The notes: generated from the letters alone by a model not told the origin. A stretch of 63,825 nucleotides of DNA, filler included, from Intoshia linei (GCA_001642005.1; 7 parts of 7 records of this genome joined end to end with filler, not necessarily neighbours in it); one strand, 5' to 3'. Shown: positions 51,901 to 62,668, numbered from the whole stretch's first letter. Translations and numbers: made by a program.

Positions 51901-54900
51901 TATATAAAATTAAATATATTTGTACCAGTTAAATAAAAAAATCAAGAAACCATAATTTAAAAAACCTCAAATTCTAATATAATTTTTCGAAATTCATGCA
52001 AAAAGGAAAATCTTACTGTCAGGGTAAAAAACGCAAATTAACGGTACTTTTAAATTAAAAGTCCTATAATTATGATTATTAAAATTAATAGGATTATAAT
52101 CTAAAAAAATCATAGCAGTGAGAATGATAATTGAATTTGTATATATTTAAAATGCAGAAACCTGTTTCAGTTTCATATATTGATACCAACGGTTTTTTAT
52201 CTTTGCTACGCAATATCTGATTCTCAAAAACTTTTAAAGTTTAAGATTAACTGAAATATAACTTTTTTATTGTCATTTTTGGATTTATTTAAATGCTAAC
52301 ATTGTTTCATTCAAAAAATGTTTTTAAATAAAGAATCCAATAATTTAATAATTTTAATCAATGTATAAAATATTTCTTACTTAACAAAACAGGATACTAA
52401 ATATGTTTCACGACGTTACCATTTTAGAAGAAATCAGTATCCACTACAGGTATTTACAATGTTATATGCGTTTTATGTATCCTACAACTAGATTATCAGT
52501 AGGATCTATTAACCGTCTTAACCGAGGTATAACTGTAATTACTATTGGCATTTTTGATAAACAAATATTTATAAATTTTAAATATGTTTCAAATTTTTGA
52601 TAAGATGGGTTTATTGAATTATTTGGATTGATTTCAAATTTCCACAAAGGAAGCATCTATACATGAAAATATTACAGTAATATATTATATTATTTTGACT
52701 AATTTATTATTATTATAGTATTAATATTGCCGAAATCCCGACACCCCTCTAGAAACTCAATGTTATAGAGTTTATTTATGCTACATTACCTTTGCAAAGA
52801 AATTGAAATAGAATTTGTTGAATAAGTTGGATTGATTTTCTAACGATACATGTTGATTGATGAATGGAAATAGATGGTCAAAGAACCAGACAATCAAAGT
52901 ATATAGACAGAAGGTTGAAGGTTTCTATATTTTTAACAACTATACGTTAATAATACAGTGAGTTGCCAAAAGTCTACATATACCCAACTTTTGTATGATG
53001 CAATTTTAATACACATTAAATTATCAAAAAATTTGAAAAATATCCACAGAATTTTTATATATCACGGAAAAATGATATTAACAACAATAATATTGAGTCA
53101 AAAGTCTACATTAGGGTGTCACAATTTTTCGAAAATTTTATAATTCGATGGGCAATTAGCATTTAAAGTATGTATTTTTAAAATAAAAAAACTAATTCGC
53201 AATCAAAAACATTTAACGCTATGTATTCAAGTTGTGTTTGTCATTTTAAATATCACTTTAAAAATATTACGGAGAAATTAAAACTGAACTTTATTTTAAC
53301 GGAAATTGGCGTTTGAGCTTTTAAATGTGGTACCGACTTTATAATATTGTTCTCCATATTTAGTTATACAGTTCATTTTTTTGGATTTTATTAACGATTT
53401 AATTTCTCGAATTCTACCTATTTACATCATTTAAATTGTATTCAAATTAATATTTAATAAATATTTTTATCTTCCAACCCTTTATTTAACCTACTTCACA
53501 AGAATCTTTCGTATCATCTCCAAATAATTTAATTTTTGTTTCATCTGTCAAAATACCACAAAACCAGTAAGAATTGGCCATATTTAAATGTTTTAAGGAA
53601 AAAAGGTATCCACTATTTTTATTTTTTTCATTGAGAAGTGGTTTTCGTAGTGCTGCAAATGCTCTCAACCACATTTTTGTAATTTCTCGTGAAATAGTTA
53701 ATTTTTTCAACACCAACGCCAATTAATTGTTATGCACATTCCTTTATCGTTTATCTTAACTGGTCTACATGATCTTGGTTTGTTTTTAACAGAGTAAGAT
53801 TTTTCTTATCTTTTTATTATTGATATGACACTATGTCTCGGCATAATTAAATTTTTGGAGATATTTCCATATGATAATCCTAAAAGATGTAATTCCACAA
53901 CCCTAATCTTTAAATCATCTGAATATTAGAGATGTGTGGTAATTTTTGCAAAATATATATAGGTGAATACCTAATGTTAACTGTTAAATAATTTTACCGA
54001 TTAAATTTAATGAAATATAACGTTAATCGAAAAAAATGAAGGTGTATGTAGACTTTTGCAACATTATTATAATTAACAATATCGTTTTTAATTAATATAA
54101 TCAAATTCTATGAATATATCTCGATTTTTTTACATTTTTAGTAAATGGTTACATATTTTTATAGAAATAAAAAAATATTTAAAGCATTATTATATTTGCT
54201 TCCTCAAAAATAAGGTGTATGTAGACTTTTGCAACGCACTGTATATATGTATTTGCATTTAAACTTTTTCTCATGTAAATAATTTTACTTGGTCTTTTGT
54301 AAAACACAATGCAGCATGTAATATAAAATTGTACAGTGTAGATGGTACAATGCAGAGCCGAATATACGGTAGCCAAGCCCTCCTGAAAATAGTCTAATTT
54401 TTCAAAATTGAGAATTTAAATATCACAACTCTCAAGTCCAGAGCCGTCAGCGGGTGGTTAAGGGTGGGTAGCATTCGGCATCTTTGGGTATATTGTTAGG
54501 TATCTATTTTTGATTTTCGAGTGCTCCAACATTTAGGTTTACAATTTACAATTTTACAATACATTACAATTTACACAGCAAGATATACTTGTATGAATAT
54601 ATTACCTTATTATCCATATTTTCAAGATTATCTTGTTTAATATGGTTTAGATTCACTTGCGTTGCTATACTAATGTATACTGGGATATGAGTTTTTTCAA
54701 AACGTGCGGTTTTGTATTCACTAATTTTCTTCTAAATTTAAACATTTATTCATTTATAATTTAGACATGACTTGAATGCATTGAGTGCTAGTACCCAGAG
54801 AATTCACAAATTTTTCAAAAAATGACCTGAAGGTTGTGAATTCTGTTTTTATTTGAAATGGATTTTCTCTTAAATTCTTCATTTTCTTCTTTTAAATCCT

Positions 54901-55150
54901 GAATCTATTTAATATATTATAATTTAATTATTATACATGTAGCGCTAGAACTAAGATGGACATTAGATTTTAAACAATTTAATTTTTTTTAGATTTTCCA
55001 TGCCGCTCAGTGATAACATTAATCAATATAATTAATCATTGATTCTGCAGGCAACCTTTAAAATTTCTAGTTTTTTTAAGGATATTTCACCACGATTATT
55101 GGTAACATTAAAGGTACATTTTTCGTAATCATCTCTCAAATTTTTTCTTT
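45960..55150 (-). CDS. Uncharacterised large multi-exon gene (helical protein), partial
   Basis: Minus-strand exon-like segments at ~55150-54600, 52900-52790, 52656-52470, ~51870-51700, 49147-48978, 47137-46940 and ~46016-45962, mostly with AG/GT ends. Family not recognised. Confidence 0.4.
47400..47835. mobile_element. pogo/Tigger-type MITE with TA TSD
   Basis: TA|CAGTAAAATCTCTCAATAGCGCCA ... TGGCGGTATTGAGAGGTCTGACTG|TA, with subterminal GGCGGTA/TATTGAG repeats. Confidence 0.82.
47978..48907 (+). mobile_element. Non-autonomous Helitron 5' portion with internal tandem repeat
   Basis: A|TCCTTACTTATATAA start; three copies of CTGATGCGGA(C/T)TTTAAAATCAT at 48218, 48263 and 48320; homology to 38147-39070. 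Confidence 0.65.
49147..50170 (+). mobile_element. Non-autonomous Helitron with both termini, carrying a nested MITE
   Basis: A|TCTTTTACTTA..GTGTGTGTCTGT start; GGCAGAGCTAG..AAGCTAG|T end. Confidence 0.6.
49230..49838. mobile_element. MITE with 34-bp perfect terminal inverted repeat, TA-flanked
   Basis: TCGCAGTGTTAGAGTTATAATGTTCTATCTGCAT at 49232-49265 has its exact reverse complement at 49803-49836. Confidence 0.85.
51049..51307. mobile_element. MITE of the CAG(A/T)GCCGAACCTACC family
   Basis: CAGAACCGAACCTACC ... GGTAGGTTCAATACTG; interior homologous to the reverse complement of 10927-11187. Confidence 0.7.
52956..54241 (-). mobile_element. Tc1 element of IR/DR type, internally deleted, with dead transposase
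   Basis: TA|CAGTGAGTTGCCAAAAGTCTACATATACC ... GGTGTATGTAGACTTTTGCAACGCACTG|TA. Inner repeats at 53097 and 54040. Remnants LKIRVVELHLLGLSYGNISKNL, RKPLL and ILTDETKIKLFG. Confidence 0.88.
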
Positions 55151-55946
55151 TTATATATTACATTCTTAACTCTTAGAAAATAGAGTANNNNNNNNNNNNN
55201 NNNNNNNNNNNNNNNNNNNNNNNNNNNNNNNTTAATTAATTAANNNNNNNNNNNNNNNNNNNNNNNNNNNNNNNNNNNNNNNNNNNNCTTTCTTGTAACA
55301 GATGAAAGTGATATTGTTGGAGAAAAATATATCAATATTTTATGTATTTTTAGAAAAATTATTTTCAAACAAAAAAAAATTGCAATTGTTTAAAAAGCAA
55401 CACAAGTGTGTCAAACAGGTATAGTATACCGTACTATATATATAGGCGCACTGATGCGCCGCGGTGCACCATCCGTGAAGCATTGAAGGAATACTGATAT
55501 ATGTAACAATGTATGAGTATTACTCATACATATGTTGTGAATAATAATAAATTCAAAATTGTAATGCTTAATATATCAACATATCTAAAATGTCTAATAA
55601 TGTCTTGTAACTGTATTTGCTATTTAAAATCAGTACATAAACGTCTAATTTATTAATTAATTCGATTAGTATAAGGTTTCTCAATCATTTTAATCTGACG
55701 GACCACCTTAATGAATATTATAATTTGGATAATATTCTGAATATCTAAATTTTTGTGAAGTGTACCTGAATAATAGGGATTATGCACACTTTTAACATTT
55801 TTTATTATAAAACATGAACAATAAGAAATTTGATAATGGGAAGTTGATAAGGATAATTATAATACTTGAATAGAATTCATTGTTCTTTAAAATAAATCAC
55901 CATACTTGGTTTTTTATTAATAAAAAATAAATATTCATTTTAAAAT

Positions 55947-57343
55947 ATGAAAAATTTAATTATAAATAATTTAACATTGTTAGTTTTTACTAGTCTAATT
56001 TTAAAAGGCTATTTAGAAGCCGGTAATTTTCAAAATATAAAAATTAATAATTTTGAATAGCTGAATGCAATAAAAATTTTGATTTGACAATTTTGTTTTG
56101 TGCGAAACATGAAAATGAGTGGAATAAGTATAGGGAAATAGCATTAGGCATAATAGATAACTTAAATGTAGACAAAACTGAAACTCGAGTCAGTGTAATT
56201 TCATACGCCCTAAGAGTCACTCAACATTTAACATTTTCTTCTGATTCTAAACAAATAAAGTCAACTATTGAAAGATTAAAATATGAAAAACAACCGTACA
56301 ATGACGAATATACTGAAGCATTCAAATCAGTATCAAATCTTTATAAAAATGACCCTAGTAGTCATCCAAAGTTAGTCATTTTTTTTGCAGATTCGATTGG
56401 AAAAGATATATATTATCTTATATCCGAAATGGCTGAATTGTTATACATTGAAGAAATAATGCTGTTGCCTATAAGTATAACGGAAGTAGATAAAAAAATT
56501 ATTTCTGAAATAGCATCCCCGCCAAGACTATTAAGTAACATATTCAAAATAGAAAATCATCATTATTTTATGATCAATCCATTTATTGATTCATCACAAT
56601 ACATTGATTCAATTTCAAAAAGGATATGCAACATAAACTGTAATTAATATTTTACTATAAAATATTAATAATGTAGTTACTACAATAAAAATTTTTAGAT
56701 CACGATTGCCTGTCAACGCCATTTAATTTGGTATTTCTCATTGACGTATCACATAGTATATGCAAAAATGACAAAACATTTCAAATTATAAAAAATTTTG
56801 TCAATAATGTGCTGGATTCGGTTGATGATTATCATAGTGTGGTGAAAAATTACGGAATTATGTCATTCGCTGAAACAAGTCAAATTTATTCAAATTTAAC
56901 GTATTCTAGCGTTAACTATATCAAAAAAGTGGTTAATAATTTAACTTGTTCGAAAAATGAAACTTTAATTTACCAATCACTAGAAATTTTAAAGGATGAA
57001 TTTTTTACAGAAAAACACGAGTATTATGGAAAAGGTCGAAATTTTGCTTTGTTAATCACTGACACTATTCAAGATAACCTTGACAGAGAAAAGACTTTGA
57101 TTAAAGCATTAAAAAAAGACAAAAATATCCAAGTTTTTCCGATAGGTATAACTAATAACGAACAACAGTTTGCTATGATCGAAATGCTAAAATATATCAG
57201 TCTATATCCAAATAAAGAAAATGAAGACTATTTTCTTGTCGCAGATATAAATCAAATAAATACTAAAATGCAAGTCATTATTGATGCAATGGAATGCTAT
57301 AAATTGATTCCACCGGGAACCACAACGCCGACACCTGTTACAG
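55947..57343 (+). CDS. Secreted tandem von Willebrand factor A domain protein (matrilin/collagen VI-like), 3' truncated by the contig end
   Basis: Signal-peptide exon 55947-56022. VWA1 exon 56061-56639 (DLTILF, TRVSVISYA, KLVIFFAD). VWA2 exon 56699-57343 (NLVFLIDVSHS, LLITD, VFPIGI), followed by a PPGTTTPTP linker. Confidence 0.85.
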
Positions 57344-57471
57344 GTACATTATTATTACATATTATCTATAGNNNNNNNNNNNNNNNNNNNNNNNNNNNNN
57401 NNNNNNNNNNNNNNNTTAATTAATTAANNNNNNNNNNNNNNNNNNNNNNNNNNNNNNNNNNNNNNNNNNNN

Positions 57472-58819
57472 TATAACACATAAATCATTTACGATTTAAA
57501 TTTTATCAAATTATATATAATATTATTGTTTAAACAAAGATAAAACCTATAAAACATTATTTGAATAATGTGTAACACAAATTTAATATAAAATTTAACT
57601 ATAATACACATTTTTATATAACACATAAATCATTTACGATTTAACTTTATCAAATTATGAATCATAACATTTTAATAGTAAGTAAAAAATATATATAATT
57701 ATTTAAATAATGTGACTTAAATTTAATAAACAATTTAACTAAATACACATTATTATATAACACATAAATTACATACGATTTAACTTTCATCAAATTATAA
57801 GTAATATTACTATTAAATAGTAAGTAAATAATAAACAAAATTATTTAAATAATGTAACACCAATTTAATATACAATTTAACTTTAATACACATTATAAAA
57901 TAATACATATATCATTTACGATTTAAATTTTATCAATTAATAANNNNNNNNNNNNNNNNNNNNNAAATAATATTTGAAACAAGTTTAATATAAAGTTTAA
58001 TTATATTACACATTATATTATAACACATCAATTATATAAGATTTAAATTTTATCAAATTATAAGTAATATTACATTTTAATAAAACGTAAAANNNNNNNN
58101 NNNNNNNNNNNNNCGGTTTATTAGAAAGTAAAAAATATAAAATATAAGTTGAATAATGTGTAACACAAATTAATATAAAAATTAATTATAATACACATTA
58201 TGATATAACACNATTTAATATAAAATTTAACTTTAATACACATTATAAAATAATACATATATTATTTACAATTTAAATTTTATCAATTAATAAGTAATAT
58301 TACGGTTTATTAGAAGGTAAAAAATAAAAAATATAAGTTGAATAATGTGTAACACAAATTGAATATAAAATTTAATTATAATACACATTATGATATAACA
58401 CATATATCATTTAAAATAGAAATTTCATCATATTATAAATAATATTACATTTTAATAGCATGTAACAAATATAAAATATGATTTAAATCATATGTGACAC
58501 AAATTAAATATAAAATTTAACTATAATACACATTATTATATAACATATAAATCAAATACGATTTAACTTTTATTAAATTATATATATTATAAAATTTTAA
58601 TAGTAAGTAAAAAATATAAAAAATTATTTAAATAATGTGACACTAATTTAATATATAATTTAACTATAATACACCTTATTATATAACACTAATATCATTT
58701 ACAAATTAATTTTTATTAACTTATGAATATAAAAACATTTTAATAGTAAGTAATTTAATTTACATAATTATTTAAATACTGTGACAAAAATTAAATATAC
58801 AATTTAACAATTTATAATA
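57472..58819. repeat. AT-rich tandem satellite, unit ~139-145 bp, about 9 diverged copies
   Basis: The motif TATAACACATAAATCATTTACGATTTAA recurs at 57472, 57617, 57756, ~57899, ~58249, 58394, 58539 and 58682. Confidence 0.9.
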
Positions 58820-58919
58820 NNNNNNNNNNNNNNNNNNNNNNNNNNNNNNNNNNNNNNNNNNNNTTAATTAATTAANNNNNNNNNNNNNNNNNNNNNNNNN
58901 NNNNNNNNNNNNNNNNNNN

Positions 58920-59117
58920 AAAAAAAAAAATTATAATTAATCCATGAGCAGTAATAAGTCTGTTATAAGAATTATTATCAAATATAAATGTATTAGGTGT
59001 TATTAATTCAACTCGAATAATTATTCTTATTGAACTACCAATAATACCAGCTAAAATACTAAAAATAAAAAATAAAGTTCCAATATCTTTGTGATTTGTT
59101 GAATTAATTCATCGCAT
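58920..59117 (-). CDS. cox1: Mitochondrial cytochrome c oxidase subunit I, 5' fragment
   Basis: Code-5 translation [53 protein letters not shown]. Confidence 0.97.
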
Positions 59118-59126
59118 TAAATTTAT

Positions 59127-59187
59127 TCTTAATAGGAAATCCATTTTTATTTTTTCAAAATAATGTTTTATTTAAACTATTTTTAAG
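59127..59187 (-). tRNA. trnF: mt tRNA-Phe (GAA)
   Basis: Anticodon arm TTATT-TTGAAAA-AATAA; D arm GTTT/AAAC. Confidence 0.6.
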
Positions 59188-59418
59188 TTTAAACATAATT
59201 TCTAATTATTAATAAATTAATAAAATATTGTTATTTTCTTATAAAAAAAATAATCATAATTTTATATATTTTTTAAATATGAAAATATTTTTTGTTTAAT
59301 ATATTAAATGCATTTTTTAAGGTTTTTATTTAGATGATATTCTAATTATTTTGAAAATTGATTTAAATACATAAAATCTTTATTATTTTTATACTATTAA
59401 TAAAATATAATCATTTAA

Positions 59419-60309
59419 ATGATTTTAATAGTTTTAATTTTAATACCAATTTTTTTATTATTAGCAGCAGCTTTTAGAACATTATTAGAACGAAATATTT
59501 TTGGTTTAATTCAAATACGATTTTCTCCAAATAAAAATATTTTGGCTGGTATTATACAACCTCTTATAGATGGTTTAAAATTAATAATAAAAATAAAAAT
59601 GGGTTTAATTTATTCAAATAAAATTTTATTAATAATATTCTCACTTTTTATTTTTCCTCTTTCATTAATTTTTTCATTAATTATTTGTTTTAATAATTAT
59701 CTATTTTTTTCTAAATTTAGAATACTTTGGATTTTATTATTATCCACAACATTTTCTTTTTTTATAATAATAATTAGATTTTTTTCTAAAAGAAAATATT
59801 CCGGTATTGGATCTCAACGTATTTACTCACAAATAATTTCTTATGAAATTGTTATATCTTTTTTTATAATACTTATTTCAATTATTTTAATAACTTATCT
59901 AAGATTTAATTTATTTTATTTGAATAATATTAAATATGTATGTATTAAAATACCTTTTATATTAGTAATTTGATTATTTATTATTTTAGCTGAAATAAAT
60001 CGAACTCCTTTTGATAGAGTTGAGGGTGAATCTGAAATTGTAAGTGGATTTAACACAGAACTAAGAAGATTAATTTTTGTTTATATTTTTTTATCAGAAT
60101 ATATTATTATATCTTTATTTAGTTTTTTAACTACTATAATTTTTTGTAACAATTTTTTTTATCTATTTTGTTATATTATATTTTTAAGATTGATTTTTTC
60201 TATTCGTTCTTTATTACCTCGTATGCGTTATGATAAAATAATATTAATATTTTGAAATTTTTTATTACCCATTATTTTGTTATTATTGGTTATTATTATA
60301 TTTTTATAA
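59419..60309 (+). CDS. nad1: Mitochondrial NADH dehydrogenase subunit 1
   Basis: TLLERNIFGLIQMRFSPNK, GIMQPLMDGLKL, AEMNRTPFDSVEGESEIVSGFNTE and RSLLPRMRYD; open to TAA at 60307-60309 with TGA=Trp. Confidence 0.97.
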
Positions 60310-60369
60310 AAATTTAGTTAAATTTTTTAGAATTTGAATCTAAAAAAGTGAAATAATAACACAACTTTA
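60306..60369 (+). tRNA. trnQ: mt tRNA-Gln (TTG)
   Basis: TTAGA-ATTTGAA-TCTAA anticodon arm; ends approximate. Confidence 0.55.
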
Positions 60370-60421
60370 TTAATAGTGTATTTAACATATAAGATTTTCG
60401 TTCTTAAGAATTTATTAATTT
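60366..60421 (+). tRNA. trnE: mt tRNA-Glu (TTC)
   Basis: TAAGA-TTTTCGT-TCTTA anticodon arm, D arm TGT/ACA; ends approximate. Confidence 0.6.
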
Positions 60422-60479
60422 CTTTTTATTTTATGTATTAAAAAATATTAACTTTGGGTGTTAAAGAAAAACAAAAGAT
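60421..60479 (+). tRNA. trnP: mt tRNA-Pro (TGG)
   Basis: TTAAC-TTTGGGT-GTTAA anticodon arm; ends approximate. Confidence 0.7.
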
Positions 60480-60526
60480 TTCATAAAAATAAAGTTTCGA
60501 CCTTTAAAAATTTAAATAATCATTTA
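60474..60526 (+). tRNA. trnR: mt tRNA-Arg (TCG)
   Basis: TAAAG-TTTCGAC-CTTTA anticodon arm; D arm apparently reduced. Confidence 0.65.
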
Positions 60527-60532
60527 AATGAA

Positions 60533-60987
60533 ATAATTATTTTAATGTTTGTTCTTATTAGATTAATAATACTAATTTTTTCATACAATAATATAAAAAT
60601 AGTATTATTTTTACTGTTTTTTTTAACTATTATAGTAACAGTATTAATTTTTTATAAAATTAATTGTTGAATAAGTATTATATTACTTTTAACTTATTAT
60701 ATGGGTATATTATCAATTTATATTTTTTTTATTAGAAGGGGTGGGTCCTTATTTGAAAAATTAAAATTAAAATGAATTATTTTTTCTATAACTACCAGGT
60801 TTTTTTTAATAATATTTTATTATATTCATTATAATAGTATAAATGAATTTAATTTTATTTTTAATTTATTAAGAAAACTTTCTGTATTATTTACAATATT
60901 CATATTAATATATTTTTTATTAATAATACTTTTATTATTAAAATTATGTAATATAAATAAAATAAAATCAATGCGTATATTTTTTTA
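60533..60987 (+). CDS. nad6: Mitochondrial NADH dehydrogenase subunit 6 (divergent)
   Basis: ~150-codon hydrophobic frame (TGA=Trp) with WMSMLLLLTYYMGMLSIYIFFISS and terminal SMR. Incomplete TA stop abuts trnL2; located upstream of cob. Confidence 0.8.
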
Positions 60988-61048
60988 TTTGAGGTGGCAG
61001 AATTATATGCAAAAGATCTAAAATCTTTTTATGTTTATACCCTTAAAA
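60988..61048 (+). tRNA. trnL2: mt tRNA-Leu (TAA)
   Basis: Acceptor TTTGAGG/CCTTAAA, TGGCAGA D-arm signature, AAAGA-TCTAAAA-TCTTT anticodon arm. Confidence 0.75.
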
Positions 61049-62119
61049 ATAAATAATTATAAACAAATGTATTATTCATATATTACAAAAATTCCAATAA
61101 GTAGGGGTCTTAATTATTTTTGAAATTTTGGTTTCATATTAGGTTTATTTATATTTCTTCAAACTATTTCTGGTTTTATTTTAACATTTAATTTTATTAG
61201 TACAGAAATAAGTGCTTTAAAATCTGTTTTTTATATTCAAAACGAAATTTTTTTTGGTTGAATAATTTATTCTATTCATAGAATTGGTGTTAGATTTATT
61301 TTTATTTTAATTTATATACATATATTTCGAAGAATTTATTTTAAATTATATAAAAATTATATATTATGGTTTTCTGGAATATTAATATTTTTACTAATCA
61401 TTATCATTAGTTTTTTAGGATATTCTTTACCTTGAAATCAAATAAGTTATTGAGCTGCAAAAGTTATTACTAGTCTTTTTACCATTATTTTTTACATTGG
61501 TAATGATATTATTTTAATTTTATGGGGAGATTTTACAGTAGCTGGACCCACTATACAACGTTTTTTTTCATTGCATTTTATATTACCCCTAATTACTTGA
61601 GTTTTTATTTTTATTCATATTATTATTTTACACAATAAGGGCTCTAATAATAAATTTGGTCTTAAAAATACTAAATATATAATTCCTTTTTTTCCTTATT
61701 ATTCTATGAAAGATTTGTTTACTTCATTTGTTTTAATTTTTTTATTTGGTTTAGTAATTTTTTTTTATCCTTTTTTATTTTTAGAATCAGATAGATTTAT
61801 AGAATCCAATAAATTAGTTACTCCTAAACATATTAAACCTGATTGATTTTTACTTTGAGCTTATGCTATTTTACGTAGAATTAGTTCAAAATTGGGTGGA
61901 GTTTTAATTCTATTGATTGTGTTTATTTTATTATTTAATATAAAATATATATCTTATAAATATATTAAATTTAGAAATGATTATTTTTTTTGGGATTTTG
62001 TTTTTATTATAATTGTATTAAGATTTTTGGGTGGTTCAATTTTAGAATATCCCTATACTTTTTTATCTAAATTATTTATTTTAATAATATTTATATGAAT
62101 AATATTATTTATTATTTAA
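61049..62119 (+). CDS. cob: Mitochondrial cytochrome b
   Basis: WNFG, four haem-ligand histidines (SIHS, YMHM, SLHF, FIHI), GYSLPWNQMSYW and VTPKHIKPDWF..YAILRS; stop TAA at 62117-62119. Confidence 0.97.
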
Positions 62120-62175
62120 CTTAATAAGTTAAAAAAACTATTTATTTTCAAAGTAAAAAATTATATTTAAGTTAA
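62117..62175 (+). tRNA. trnW: mt tRNA-Trp (TCA)
   Basis: Acceptor AACTTAA/TTAAGTT, D arm AGTT/AACT, TTTAT-TTTCAAA-GTAAA anticodon arm. Confidence 0.78.
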
Positions 62176-62291
62176 TAGTGCAATTTCATCCTTATTTATG
62201 AGAATTACAATTATTTATTATAATAATATTAATTATTTTATGCTCAATTATATTATTTGGTTATAAAGAAATTAAAATATATAAATTATAA
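62175..62291 (+). CDS. atp8: Candidate mitochondrial ATP synthase subunit 8 (38 aa)
   Basis: Code-5 ORF MVQFHPYLWELQLFIMMMLIILCSIMLFGYKEIKMYKL* exactly fills the trnW-nad3 gap. It has an MxQxxPxxW N-terminus, one TM helix and a basic tail. Confidence 0.7.
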
Positions 62292-62638
62292 TTTTATTAC
62301 TAATTTTTTGTTTATTTTGTATAGTTATTTCTTTATTATTATTATTCCTAAACAAACTATTTATTTTCAAAAAAAATAATTTAAATAAACAATTACCTTT
62401 TGAATGTGGGTCTTTTCCTTTTGTAATTAATTATAGACATATTTCTTTAAAATATTTTAAAATTATTATACTTTTTTTAGTTTTTGATATTGAATTTGCT
62501 CTGGTTTTACCAATATTATTCATTTATTTTAAAATAATAGATATTTTTAGTTTACTAAGTTTTTATATTATTATTAATTTTATTGTTTTAAGATTATTTT
62601 ATGAAATTGGATGGGGTGTTTTAAATTGAACAAAATAG
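62288..62638 (+). CDS. nad3: Mitochondrial NADH dehydrogenase subunit 3
   Basis: PFECGS, FLVFDIE and YEIGWGVLNW; stop TAG at 62636-62638. Confidence 0.95.
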
Positions 62639-62668
62639 TAATGTGTCGGAATAACGAATAATCTTGAT
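62637..62668 (+). tRNA. trnI: mt tRNA-Ile (GAT), truncated by the contig end
   Basis: AGTAATGTGTCGGAATAACGAATAATCTTGAT: typical trnI 5' half ending at the GAT anticodon. Confidence 0.6.

Noticed and set aside
57472-58819. CRISPR-like array
   Set aside because: Whole units repeat with no unique spacers, the context is eukaryotic and there are no cas genes; it is a satellite.
59318-59380. Possible mt tRNA-Ser(TGA)
   Set aside because: An acceptor-like pairing exists but the anticodon stem pairs poorly; not supportable by eye.
59971-59973. Premature stops in nad1, nad6 and cob suggested by the ORF track
   Set aside because: TGA encodes Trp in the mitochondrial code; the frames continue.
58920-62668. 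NUMT inserted beside the VWA gene or satellite
   Set aside because: Bounded by artificial spacers and all frames are intact in the mitochondrial code; there is no evidence of nuclear integration.
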